Shown piece by piece: positions 26,224 through 39,800 of a stretch of 64,000 nt of DNA; position 1 is the first letter of the stretch; every line of letters starts with the position of its first letter. Below the pieces are notes generated by a model. The model was not told the origin of the DNA, ran no database searches, and saw only the letters and a program-made list of their open reading frames with translations. A program made the position numbers and the translations under genes. This stretch comes from Octopus bimaculoides (Eukaryota), in assembly GCF_001194135.2 (NCBI RefSeq), contig NC_068997.1, forward strand, positions 1,557,556-1,621,555, read 5' to 3'.

Positions 26224-26815
26224 TTCTAACCTCGTAGCCTCTATAATTTTTCACTATAACNNNNNNNNNNNNNNNNNNNNNNNNNNNNNNNNNNNNNNNN
26301 NNNNNNNNNNNNNNNNNNNNNNNNNNNNNNNNNNNNNNNNNNNNNNNNNNNNNNNNNNNNNNNNNNNNNNNNNNNNNNNNNNNNNNNNNNNNNNNNNNNN
26401 NNNNNNNNNNNNNNNNNNNNNNNNNNNNNNNNNNNNNNNNNNNNNNNNNNNNNNNNNNNNNNNNNNNNNNNNNNNNNNNNNNNNNNNNNNNNNNNNNNNN
26501 NNNNNNNNNNNNNNNNNNNNNNNNNNNNNNNNNNNNNNNNNNNNNNNNNNNNNNNNNNNNNNNNNNNNNNNNNNNNNNNNNNNNNNNNNNNNNNNNNNNN
26601 NNNNNNNNNNNNNNNNNNNNNNNNNNNNNNNNNNNNNNNNNNNNNNNNNNNNNNNNNNNNNNNNNNNNNNNNNNNNNNNNNNNNNNNNNNNNNNNNNNNN
26701 NNNNNNNNNNNNNNNNNNNNNNNNNNNNNNNNNNNNNNNNNNNNNNNNNNNNNNNNNNNNNNNNNNNNNNNNNNNNNNNNNNNNNNNNNNNNNNNNNNNN
26801 NNNNNNNNNNNNNNN

Positions 26816-26884
<69 letters not shown>

Positions 26885-27912
26885 GTATATACATACACGC
26901 ACACACACACATGACACACTCACATATATATATATATTTCATTCTACACTTGTATTAAATAGCCGTTTTCGTAAACAAATTTTACTCCTCATATGTATAC
27001 ATACTGGTTGTGTGCAATCAATCACACACACGTATGTAAGAATACACACACACAAACACACACACACACATCTTATATATATATATGTTTGGGGGGATGG
27101 ATGGATGCAAAAGTCATATATCTGTATGTTATACATATGCGCTTATATTCCTATATATATATATATATAAATACATACATATATCATGCGCATATGTGTA
27201 TGCACACACTGACGTATCTCTGTGTATGTGTGTGCGTATCAGATATTATGAATAACATAATGTACTTTCTCACAAATACCGAAATGAATCAATAAGAGAT
27301 AATAAAATGGTATTCTGGTTCAGTGATATTCTATTTCTGATTGGAATTAATGCAGAAAGGATGATGAGGTAAAGTGAAAGATTGCTTCTCTGATATCGTC
27401 ATATGTCTGTTCCGATAGAAATCAGCGTAATAAGGAACGACCATAGCTGCATGTAGTGCAGCAAGTCGCTTCTATCTTGAATGTACAGCAGGTTTCTATT
27501 TTTTGGTTTGGTTTCTGTGAAGTTAATAAGTTAGAGGTTGACTCATGATTGAAGCCCATTCATGTGTAAATTGCTAATGTATCAATTTTACATGATATAG
27601 CAGATATATAGATACAACTGAAACCGGGATTATATTTTTGAAAACTACTGAGCTCGTGTATTTCAGAGATCTGTCGTTGCTAGTCTGGAAATATATTTAA
27701 TCATTGTCCAAATAGCTGAACGTCACCAGATGATCATTCACGTGTTTCACAAAGTGAAAATACGTTATTTAATATTTCTACTCTCGAAAAAAAATTCTGA
27801 TACTCCATTTCTTTATGCAATTTTGTAGGAGGAGAAAAAGATTGTGTCATGGTCATTGGAAACCCCACACTAATCCACAAAATACACACACACAAACATA
27901 CACACACACACA

Positions 27913-27962
<50 letters not shown>

Positions 27963-28248
27963 CACACACACTGGGAAGGAGAGAGTGATATGTCTATCGT
28001 TCTGTCTGTGATGGATTAATTCATGTAGCGAAAAGAAGACAGCGTGTGCAGATTTTAGAGGGTTGCATTATAGATAGGAAAGATTAAGCCATGATTTTTG
28101 AGGAATGTTTTTAGTATGATTGGCACTATTGCTGTGTCATTTCAGGAACAATAATGCAGACTGCGGCGGACAAGTGTTAAACACAAACTCAACATATTTT
28201 CTGGTTATTTTGATAGGATCCATCAGGCTGTTAGCTTTCACGAGTTTG

Positions 28249-28296
<48 letters not shown>

Positions 28297-29094
28297 NNNN
28301 NNNNNNNNNNNNNNNNNNNNNNNNNNNNNNNNNNNNNNNNNNNNNNNNNNNNNNNNNNNNNNNNNNNNNNNNNNNNNNNNNNNNNNNNNNNNNNNNNNNN
28401 NNNNNNNNNNNNNNNNNNNNNNNNNNNNNNNNNNNNNNNNNNNNNNNNNNNNNNNNNNNNNNNNNNNNNNNNNNNNNNNNNNNNNNNNNNNNNNNNNNNN
28501 NNNNNNNNNNNNNNNNNNNNNNNNNNNNNNNNNNNNNNNNNNNNNNNNNNNNNNNNNNNNNNNNNNNNNNNNNNNNNNNNNNNNNNNNNNNNNNNNNNNN
28601 NNNNNNNNNNNNNNNNNNNNNNNNNNNNNNNNNNNNNNNNNNNNNNNNNNNNNNNNNNNNNNNNNNNNNNNNNNNNNNNNNNNNNNNNNNNNNNNNNNNN
28701 NNNNNNNNNNNNNNNNNNNNNNNNNNNNNNNNNNNNNNNNNNNNNNNNNNNNNNNNNNNNNNNNNNNNNNNNNNNNNNNNNNNNNNNNNNNNNNNNNNNN
28801 NNNNNNNNNNNNNNNNNNNNNNNNNNNNNNNNNNNNNNNNNNNNNNNNNNNNNNNNNNNNNNNNNNNNNNNNNNNNNNNNNNNNNNNNNNNNNNNNNNNN
28901 NNNNNNNNNNNNNNNNNNNNNNNNNNNNNNNNNNNNNNNNNNNNNNNNNNNNNNNNNNNNNNNNNNNNNNNNNNNNNNNNNNNNNNNNNNNNNNNNNNNN
29001 NNNNNNNNNNNNNNNNNNNNNNNNNNNNNNNNNNNNNNNNNNNNNNNNNNNNNNNNNNNNNNNNNNNNNNNNNNNNNNNNNNNNNNNNNNNNNN

Positions 29095-29170
<76 letters not shown>

Positions 29171-29185
29171 TGATGATGATGTCGG

Positions 29186-29239
<54 letters not shown>

Positions 29240-29448
29240 CATTTATTTGTCACCAGGGCGAAAGGTGATGGGGACAATGCGTAGACTGACACAAAGTGTG
29301 AAAGTTTTCATATAACGAAATGATAAAAGAGTAAGTATACAAGGCATACAATGAAAATGAGAATGAAAATAAGAATAATAACGAAAATGATGATGATGAT
29401 GATGATGATCACCATCGTATGTATAAGACACGAAGGTGATATTATTAC

Positions 29449-29577
29449 CTGAACAGCTATTAAAGATTCCCCTAGGAAGGCTGATAGCGTGGCACTGCAA
29501 AGTTTCCGACGTTTGGTTGCATGTTTTGTCCTGTAGGCCACATGTATATAGCACGGATGTCATGCATGTTTTTGATG
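29449..29577 (-). other. Candidate 129-nt symmetric phase-1 Cys-rich exon
   Basis: ttatatttctgttcag| acceptor and CAG|gtaata donor; reads SKTCMTSVLYTCGLQDKTCNQTSETLQCHAISLPRGIFNSCS. No family recognised. Confidence 0.25.
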
Positions 29578-30390
29578 CTGAACAGAAATATAATAATCTA
29601 TGCCTTAGATCTTCTGTTAACCTTATCACAGCTTTTGCGGATAGCTGTTCCAATAAACGTGAATACAGTAGTATATAATCACAAGGTCTCGAAGGTCGAA
29701 GTATCCACACCTTTTGTATAGGTAGAACTCTTTGGGGGAAAACATCAAATATTTTGTGTACCGACACAACTAAATGAGAAATAAAATATGTAATATGTGA
29801 CCGGAAACTGCGTTCTACATTCCTGTCACAATTCATTTATTTCATAAAAGCAATTTAGCAATATATTTTTGAGAGAAAGAAACTCCTTTGCTAATAATTC
29901 AAAAATATTTTGTATTAGAAATAGAATTTGAGAAATGAAGAAAATATGCCATAAATCATAATAATGGTGAAAATATGGAATTGAAGAGAAGATACTTGAC
30001 AATATTCCATTTGTAGTATATGAGTCAATTCTTCATTGTTAATAAAATATGTATATCTTCATGTCTTTACGTTGGTCATTAAATGGAGACAGTTTTTGTC
30101 ATGGGAAATTTCACAATTCAGATTTTATGCAAAGGATTCTACATCCTCGTCGATTATTACACATGATTACCTCCAACAATGCTTACCGTTTCCCATTTAT
30201 CATCTTCAGTTTATCGTCTGTTATATTCTCTGAAATTTTGCCTACGAAATCCTAATAATATCGTGGCACATTCTATGAATCATTTTATCCGTGGTTCTTT
30301 GTTTCAAACTGACTCACTACATTATTTCTAAACATGTCACGTCTTTAAAATTGTATTTCTATGATGGTGGGCAATTATCTCAAGAAATGG

Positions 30391-30461
<71 letters not shown>

Positions 30462-31164
30462 GCGAAAACGAAAGAACGGCAACAACGAACAAACCAACCC
30501 AACCAAACAACACAACCACCTGAGTCAAAAACAGAAACAACACCACCACCAACATATCACTTCAACTGTCCATCTTTTCAGGAGTCAGCCGGTCATGTTT
30601 TTATACCATCGTCCCCACTGCCTCTTTCATTCCACACCATTTCCTCCAAATACACCATTTTGCCACACAGTACTAAAGTCCTCGGAGGCAGTACCGCCCC
30701 TTACATTTGTTTCTTAGATAAAGGAATTAGAGATCTCTTTAATCTCCTTTTATATCATTAATTCTTCCCCCCTATCAAAGAGAATATTAAGCACTTCAAA
30801 AAGAACCAATTCGCAAAGAATATTTGTCAAGCAAGAATCGATAAAAGAACAATTCAAAGAGAGATGGCAATATGTTCAATTAGCTTTGTCTAACGAACGA
30901 AGGCAAGATTCTGGCACCTGTTGAGACGAACGATAATTTACGATGTGGTAACTCTGTGTGCGTGTGTGTGTGAATGTGCATCGTGCATTTGTGAATGCAT
31001 TTGCATGTATGTTTATATGGCTATGCGTTCTTGTGCGTATATCAGTATGTGTACATATCTATTCGTGGATATGTGCTGATGAGTTTCGTGTGTATGGGTG
31101 AATATGTGCTGTGTTTATGGTTGTAGCACACATATGCATGTATGTATGTATGTATGTATGTATG

Positions 31165-31198
<34 letters not shown>

Positions 31199-31319
31199 TG
31201 TATGTATGCATGTGCGTGTGCGTTTGTACACGCATGCATGCGTATGTGTCTTGAGTATGAATTCAAACTGCATCCAGCAATGGGATCCTGGTTCAAGAGT
31301 CCCCATGTCACCGGTTAAA

Positions 31320-31540
31320 CACTAGGTCTATTCTGACCCAGAGTAGTAGCACCTGTCAGGGTCCCATCTATGGGTTAATTAGAATATGTAATAGCAATCC
31401 ATCCGAGCGTGGGGGCGCAAAAAGAGCCTTGGTTGATATCAGGGTATGAAGTAAAAACACCGGGAATGAAGAAGCCTTAACTTTTATCACAGCAACCATC
31501 CAGGCGAAGGACACCCTGATGTAAATCCTGCGGTTTCCCA
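31320..31540. mobile_element. Unclassified interspersed repeat fragment
   Basis: ctaggtctattctgacccagagtagtagcacctgtcagggtcccatctatgggttaa resembles a common octopod repeat (recollection only). Confidence 0.35.
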
Positions 31541-31864
31541 TGATTACTGGTCATCTCGTTACAGCCTTTCACTAGGCACTAATCACACATTTAAAGAATG
31601 GTACATGTGTTGTACAAGACTTTATCTCTATAATCCATATATATGTTTCTTTATGGTGATCTCGTTTGTCGTTCCATCTGTTGAAAGTCTTGTGTTAGAA
31701 GTGCCCAGTAATTTAAGACTTTCGTCTGTCTCTTATCCTTCAATCACCCAGATCCGCAGCGGGACAGAACAGTCCATTGAAGGACCATTGCCGGAAAGTC
31801 AGAAATGCCATTAACAACGTGGAGGCTCAAGGAGACAGTAATCATTTGTGAAAATGGGGCAATC

Positions 31865-31931
<67 letters not shown>

Positions 31932-32711
31932 TTACACTACATGCACACATACATGTATACATAAATATATACGTACATAAGGAACAGAGAAAACAGAGTC
32001 TGTGCTTCTTACACGTGTTTCATTAGGTTCGCATACATCATTCACAGGAGAATAAAACTCTGTTACCAATATAATCTTATTCTATTATACCTAGCATATT
32101 CGTTATTTATGTTTACCGTATTGGAATCTTCGTACTACTATATTAAAAATGTTCAATATTTAAAGTTTGTAGAAGTGCTATCATAGACTGTAAGACTTTT
32201 TCGGCTCATTGAGAATTCGGTAAAATATTAAGTGCACAAGTCAATGGTACCGTCCAGAAAAATTTGAAAACATCATCACTAATTCTATGAAACGCCCCGA
32301 CATTGGATGTTCGTTTAATGCCATCATAATATAAGACTTCATTTTCTTTTGGATGATTTCTATGAATCTCTAAGATAAATGTATCAGTTATTATGATAGA
32401 TAAATCGGAATATTTGAATATTTTGCCTTTAAATATATTTTCTTGTAACTCATGACGTTAATTCAATAGCCTCGTTCGAAAATCTGATAAAGAGCTACTT
32501 TGAATATATTTATACCAATTAGATAACTCACCACATCTGTAGTAACTAACAACCTACTCTACTATTCTACTCCTCTTTCCCACCTTCACAGTGTGTTGGA
32601 ATGTCAAATGACGGAAACAAGTAAAAGAATAAAAGAGTAATTGCAAATAAATAAAGTAAAAAAAAAGATAAGATCATTTCTTTTGAGAATATTTTCTATC
32701 TCGTAGACTCT

Positions 32712-32901
32712 TTAGTATGCCGGACAAAATGCTTGCCGGCATTTCGACTGTCTCTATGTTCTGAATTCAAATTCCATCGAGGTTGCCTTCACCTTGTATC
32801 CTTTCTGGGTCAATAAAACATGTACTACTTGATCTCTGAGGTCAATGTAAACGACTTATCCCTGCTCAATAATTGCTGGCCTTGTGCCAAAATTTGAAAC
32901 C
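32712..32901 (+). mobile_element. SINE family B
   Basis: Family match with the ccttgtgccaaaatttgaaacc tail variant. Confidence 0.85.
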
Positions 32902-32923
32902 GTCATTGATTCACAACTCTGAA

Positions 32924-32958
<35 letters not shown>

Positions 32959-33114
32959 NNNNNNNNNNNNNNNNNNNNNNNNNNNNNNNNNNNNNNNNNN
33001 NNNNNNNNNNNNNNNNNNNNNNNNNNNNNNNNNNNNNNNNNNNNNNNNNNNNNNNNNNNNNNNNNNNNNNNNNNNNNNNNNNNNNNNNNNNNNNNNNNNN
33101 NNNNNNNNNNNNNN

Positions 33115-33162
<48 letters not shown>

Positions 33163-34344
33163 GTTCGTTGATATACACATATTTACGCATATGTATAAAT
33201 GTATGATAACCACAGATATATGTAGGTATATCTATACGTTTGCGTGTGTGTGTTTGAAAATGTATATATGCACACATACAGATGTATATATATTTATATA
33301 CATGTATATAGACGTGCCCACACTCAGACATATACACACACAAACACACACGCGCATGCACATACATATCCACGGTAATGTACGTTTTAATATTGTAATT
33401 TTCTTCCGTATCTCATTAATAGAATTAATATTGAATCATTTCAGTCGCACCTCATTAATTTCTAATTACATAATGTAGATTCTTTTCACTAATTCCTCAT
33501 TGTGGCTTTTAGAATGAACGTCATGCTGTGATCTCCACAGCAGACATTTGTAAATGTTCAACTCATATTTTACCGCAATGTTACTATTACACGGCTGCGT
33601 TAATATTACTTAACGCTTTCATTCATGATTCCCATTTAAACAATACCTTAGGGACACAATCAATGTGTTAACGATAACTTAAGCGAAACATTTCCCATTC
33701 TCTATACAATATAATAATTCGACCAGGTAAAGGTCTACAACAATGATTGTTTCTTTTCAATGACTAATATCACAGCATTCTATTTGCTGCAAAAACGTAT
33801 CTAGCACGCATTCTTGCATTCCTTTTATAAAGACATTCCTTTCAGATATTTCCGTATAAATATTGTAATTCTTACATCTTCCATGGAAATGGAAATGGAA
33901 ATGGAGCGAGTAAGCAATATCCCTGCACAATTAAATCCAAAACTTCACATCAACCGTTCACAGCAACAAAATATTTCACATGTTTTTAGTTTTGAGCAAA
34001 TATATCGTATACAGACGGTGGCTTGCATGTTTATGCTCCTGTAGGCTCGAAACAAATTATGCTAATCGCTACTCTGTACGTTGCAAAAGAAATATTTTGT
34101 ACGACGAAAATGCATTCGTAACACATCCGGCTCATTGGTTCAAAGGATCCTTGGACACCGGTGTTTTGATGTGGTGTGCCTTGTCAACCAGAAACATCCC
34201 TTGACCTTTGAGTCTAAAGAAGCGCCTGTAAGTTAGTTTACGATTTCAGTTTCGAAACACTTTTCTGATTTGTGCTGATATCTAGCAAGCCATAAAAAAA
34301 TTCGCTTTTAGATTTCTAAGCAAAGAAAGATGGTTTAACGTTTC

Positions 34345-34578
34345 ATATTTCTTTATTGCCCACAAGGGGCTGAACATAGAGGGGACAAACAAGGACAGAC
34401 AAAGGGATTAAGTCGATTACATCGATCCCAGTGAGTAACTGGTACTTAATTTATCGACCCCGAAAGGATGAAAGGCAAAATCGACCTCGGCGGAATTTGA
34501 ACTCAGAACATAACAGTAGACGAAATACCGCTAAGCATTTCGCCCGGTGTGCTAACGTTTCTGCCAGCTCGCTGCTTT
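34345..34578 (-). mobile_element. SINE family B, distinct 3' tail variant, with 18-bp TSD
   Basis: TSD aagatggtttaacgtttc at 34327-34344 and 34579-34596; tail ...ccccttgtgggcaataaagaaatat. Confidence 0.93.
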
Positions 34579-34584
34579 AAGATG

Positions 34585-34619
34585 GTTTAACGTTTCGAGC
34601 AACGCTCTAGTTCAGAAAC
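34585..34619 (-). ncRNA. Minimal type-I hammerhead-like motif, non-canonical core
   Basis: GUUU-CUGAACUA-GAGC(guu)GCUC-GAAAC-GUU-AAAC. Confidence 0.5.
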
Positions 34620-34780
34620 AGGAAAGTCCAATAGAAAGGAAGACGGAGGAAGAAAATCCCCAATGATTCACGTGTGGTTACTGTACATATATAGTTCAAA
34701 TTTATAGAAAACAAAAGACGAAGACAGGTGTAGGAACAACAAGCAGATGTATTATTTTAACGCTCGAGACAAATGGAAAA

Positions 34781-34819
34781 GTGTTTTACGTTTCGAGCCT
34801 ACGCTCTTTGACAGAAAGG
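34781..34819 (-). ncRNA. Minimal type-I hammerhead-like motif, non-canonical core
   Basis: UUU-CUGUCAAA-GAGC(guag)GCUC-GAAAC-GUA-AAA; lies 198 nt from the previous motif. Confidence 0.45.
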
Positions 34820-35064
34820 ATTAAGAAGAAAAAAAAGTACGGAGAGAGAAAAAAATGTGCAGAGTTCAACGGTCCAAGATTAGGAAATTAGCGGGAAAAA
34901 GAGGCTAATATGAAAGGGAGATAATAATAACGATAACGGTGACCTTCAAGGAACTAAGGTTGCGCAAGCGCATGTGTGTATGTGAGAATGGAGTGTGTGA
35001 GTGCGTATGTGGGAAAGGGGGCGAGTGTGTAAGTATGTGTGGACGAGTGTGTGTGTGTGTTTGT

Positions 35065-35287
35065 GCGTATGGACGTGAGAATATGCGTGAGTATGCGTAT
35101 GGACGTGAGAATATGCGTGAGTATGCGTATGGACGTGAGAATATGCGTGAGTATGCGTATGGACGTGAGAATATGCGTGAGTATGCGTATGGACGTGAGA
35201 ATATGCGTGAGTATGCGTATGGACGTGAGAATATGCGTGAGTATGCGTATGGACGTGAGAATATGCGTGAGTATGCGTATGGACGTG
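35065..35287. repeat. 30-bp minisatellite, about 7.4 identical copies
   Basis: Unit gcgtatggacgtgagaatatgcgtgagtat. Confidence 0.97.
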
Positions 35288-36060
35288 TGTATGCTGCGTG
35301 TAGCAGCTGAGGTGTGTTTGTTCAGGTGGTGTGTGCGCATGTGCATGTGTGTATTTGTGTCTGTGACCGAATAATGTGCATGTGTATAACATATGTTTGT
35401 GGGCGAATTCTGAAGACACTTGCTATTAGCAGATAATTGTTGAAACTACGCTAGGTTCATCTGCCATTTTGACAGGTCTTGTTTTAGAAACCATACTTGC
35501 CGGCAAGCCTAGCGGGGTGCGGATTTAGTCACCGACAACCCTACAATGCCACAGATTGTACTGGACTCAATATAACCTCACACACACACACATGTATCAT
35601 ATATCTTATATCATATACCATATCATATCAAATTATTGAGGCACAGCAAACATTCATTTCTAATTTAATGCGTAGCAGGGTACAACGGATGGTTAAACTG
35701 AATATAACTGAAAATATATACAGTATTTTGCCTGGAGATCTTAAGTAACTGGACATACAGAAACTGTTTAATTTTTGTAATAAACAGACTCCGTTGAAAT
35801 AACCTTTACGGAAACAATGAAATCACAAAAGTTTAGAGCACAATATTCTAAGATCAAATTTATGCACTGATCCGTCCTTACCTCCATCAACCCATGCATT
35901 CATTCAAACATACACGCGTACACACAAACATTATCTACATACGTACACAATATACATACATATATACGATATGCGCGCATATATATGCTATACATGCACA
36001 TTTATAAAGTACAGATATACTATACAAAAATATATAGAAGCATATATATGATATACAATC

Positions 36061-36113
<53 letters not shown>

Positions 36114-37859
36114 CACGCGCATGCGTGTGCGTGTGCGCATGTATGATATACAAGTAAATATATGTATAATATACATACAATACATGCGTACCATTTACAT
36201 TTATCATATGCATACACACATGAAAACTCATACATACGCATGGTGTCAGTCTTTGAATGTGTTTTTGTGCGTTTGCGCAAGTGTATAAATGTAGTGTTGG
36301 AGCTGGTATATAAATCAGGAAAGAAAACGTTAATTTCTATAGTAATGTCATTACAGTAAGTTGTTAGTCAGTGTGACGCCATAAGTAGAACACAATTATA
36401 TTTCTGTTAACACAGTGAAATGATGGTGTTTCTTTATTGTCTTTACCTAAAAGTGGAGATATCTGTTACCTACATTTTTTTTACCAATTAATCTGCCGAC
36501 ATGTGTCTGCAAAAGCAGCAATTATATAGCAGAACCTGAGAATTCGGAATATATGCCTATATCAGCCTTCCAAAACATTCTAACTTTAACAATGTAATAA
36601 TAAAATATGAATATTAGGATTTCAGCGCTTGATAAAAACGAATTTTGTAAGTGTGTATTTCTATATATTTGAGTAAGACAACACAATTATAGTTGTGTGC
36701 GGTAGAAATAATGTTGATTAAGCAGTAGTTTGTACTTAATAGTTCTTATTGTATTCCTCTGAGGGGAGAGGATCAGGGAAACGCAAAGTTCAACTCACAA
36801 GAATACGAACACAAAGCACAGAAAACTAAATATTACAAGGCACTTTGACCATTTTTCTACAAAATCAAAATGTCCGCCGCGAAGGACGACAGCAACAAAT
36901 CGATGATAATGATAAGTCCATCGATAATTTTTGTTTGGCAAAGCATGAAAATAGAGGAGCTATGTAAATATAAAGACCATAGTTTGAGGCATAACATTTT
37001 ACAGCAACAGACAGGTAAAGAATTTGCATGAAACATAATAGGTGCGATTTTGAAAGAGGTATAGAAGCTTTTTTGCAGGTTATGTGATCATGTAAAGGCT
37101 CCCTTTTTAAATGTAAATTATTACTTTAATTTAACAACAGCTCAGCACTGATAGAGTAGATCTATCATCAATGTTAATACATCCTTGGGCATTCCATCTT
37201 TTTGATTTTCTCGAATGAAAATCTGTTATGTGTGCTTGTTTAAAGATTGTTGGACAGTCGTCTCCCCTTTATAATCGGTCTAGTGATTCCATATTTGTTC
37301 GTCAATAATTTTGGGACCATCATATATGAGGCATGCCTGAAATCTACGAACTGAGACACCAATGCCAACCTAAGGCGCACGACGTCGGTTTGATAAAAAA
37401 AAAAATAGGCATTGTAGTATATTTCGTAAAACCAAGTGGCACATCAATACAAAATTCGCTGTGCCGTTGCTGAGGAAATAAATATTGCAAAGGATATCAG
37501 CTTGAAAATTGCCACAAATTGTAAACCTTAAGGGAATGCTAACAGGAGAGTGCGTCCTCTGTTCGAAAAATGAAATTATTAATGAAGGACGTCCATGTTC
37601 CGAGAATAAGCAAGACACCAAATAGGAATTTGCAGTCCCTGTATGCACACACAGATATATATCCATTGGCATTTGACACACCCAGCAAAAAATTCAGCAA
37701 GGAGTCTGGTAGGTTAGACTTTCTTCAAACGTCTAACAATCTACTTTTCAATCCATCCTCTTTCCATCTCCACCAATCAGACTTATTTTCTGCTGTATAC
37801 TCTACATTTATGTTCATGCGTGTAATGTGTGTGTGTATGTGTACGATCAACATCTTTCA

Positions 37860-38125
37860 ACATCCCTTATTCAAGGACCTTCTGAGCGAAATGACCTGCG
37901 GCCCAGTTAGAAATTTCTGAAGGCTGAGTGCAGCAGGAACAAAATTCTAAGTGGGCCTCACCTGAGGGTCATGCGCTTTTTATATTGATATGAGACCACC
38001 ATGTTACGCTTGTATGGTTGTTATATTTGTACCTGGTGTTCCGTTATCAGACGGGTAGTCATGATGGTTATATTGGGCTTCGTATATTTGTATTCCTTTG
38101 TTGGTATGCATCGCTCTCTCAATAA
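37860..38125 (+). mobile_element. Second copy of the 7444-7997 repeat (3' part)
   Basis: Shared ..gatatgagaccaccatg..ttatcagacgggtagtcatgatgg..ggcttcgtatattt. Confidence 0.7.
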
Positions 38126-38363
38126 TAATAGCAACAAAAACAACAAAATATATGTTTACTGGAAAGAACAGCCTCTCACAAATGTAAGATAAGAACAACA
38201 TCAAATATAAGAACAACATCAAAATTAAAAGTAAATGAAGACCAAGAGCAGAAATTATGACAGCTTCAGGTTCACTACAGTATTAGAAAGAGAAATATGA
38301 ATGAATAAACGAACACAAATGCATCATATACTATGCAAAATAAATGTTGGATGCATGTAGGTA

Positions 38364-38424
<61 letters not shown>

Positions 38425-38715
38425 ACGTATGCATGTATGTGTTTATACACAATGCATTTATGTATGCATTTATGTTGTGTATATAATTTTTATGTAAGTT
38501 GTATATCTATTTATGTAGGAATTTATTTAATTATGTTTATACGTTAATATATGTGTTTCCATCTATCATTTCTGGTCTCCCCCTGAAATGTCGTTGTATT
38601 CTATGTGTCTGTATACTAAATAAATACTAGAATATTTATCGTGTAACAAATTCTTTCTTTACAAGCGTTACATGTACACAATATCATAAATAATATATAT
38701 ACGTGTGTTGTGTGT

Positions 38716-38774
<59 letters not shown>

Positions 38775-39419
38775 TGTATGTATGTATGTATATAAATTTG
38801 CAGGTATAATATATATTTCTGCATACGCGTAATTTCTGCCGCTGAAAAATTACTTACCATTCTGTACCATTAAGTCGACCATTAAATAATCTATTTGCTA
38901 TGATTTAAAGTAGATATCTTCACCTTCGCTCTTTTCGCAAACGATCAAATATTAGATATTTTAATGTAATTTTCGAACGATTTTAATGCAGTTATTATTT
39001 TAGTGCAACTGAAAATGTTTCACTCTTGCAAGTGTTGAAATAACGAGAGAAAAGTAAGCGTGGAGATGGCAGGTAGGAAGCTGCGAGGTTAAGAAGTTGG
39101 GTGGTAGGAATCTGAGGGCGGGAACGTAGTAAGATATAAATCTAACTGGAGTAATAAATTTTGTAATGAAGAACAAACCAACTGTTCATTGGTGCCAAAA
39201 TATTATTGTATTAGCCATATGGTAAAACCATCGTTCTAATTAATTTTAATGCTGTAGCCACTGCAAGGCAATATTTATTAAGTGGATCTGCTTAACGATA
39301 GTTCGATAAATCATGCAAATCGTTTTGCTTTGACACTTTCCTATTTATTTTCTGCATTGTTGCTGGAATGGTTACAATTTAGAAAGTTTTACAGAATTTA
39401 ATTTATATTGAAAATAATA

Positions 39420-39800
39420 TCTCTTCCAAGACTTTGCCAAGGTAATTTCTGTCTGGAATAAAACTATTATTCTAACGAAGATATATAAACATTGATTTTA
39501 ACGTATAAAAACGGTTACACCACAGAGTCCAAACGCAGTGCAATTGCAATAACTGTGTCTGCCTTTTGAATAATGGTAAATTCCTTAACAGATTAGGTCA
39601 TTAGGGTAACCATTGTAGGTTTTTCTTTGTACATTGTATTTAAGTTATTCATTTAGGTGAATGCTATTCTCTCATCAATTTCTACAACCATAATAATGGA
39701 TGAACTAATGACAAGGAAATTAGCCACCCGCTGTCTACAGAGCTTTATTTTAATTATCTTATGTAGAGGATTTAGGAGTGAATACGTATAAGTCTCCTAC
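39420..39800 (+). mobile_element. Possible highly decayed LINE reverse transcriptase
   Basis: LFQDFAK, ILS..TIIMDEL and YVEDL appear in RT motif order, in different frames. Confidence 0.3.

Noticed and set aside
31752-31850. + strand segment after a pyrimidine tract (SAAGQNSPLKDHCRKVRNAINNVEAQGD)
   Set aside because: Weak donor, no recognisable homology and no linking exons.
34041-34053. 13-nt match gtaggctcgaaac to the 34781 motif on the + strand
   Set aside because: The rest of the motif is absent.
34939-35419. Repeat ORFs AYGRENMREY / MRMDVRICVS
   Set aside because: All copies are identical at the DNA level and several frames on both strands are open, so there is no sign of coding constraint.
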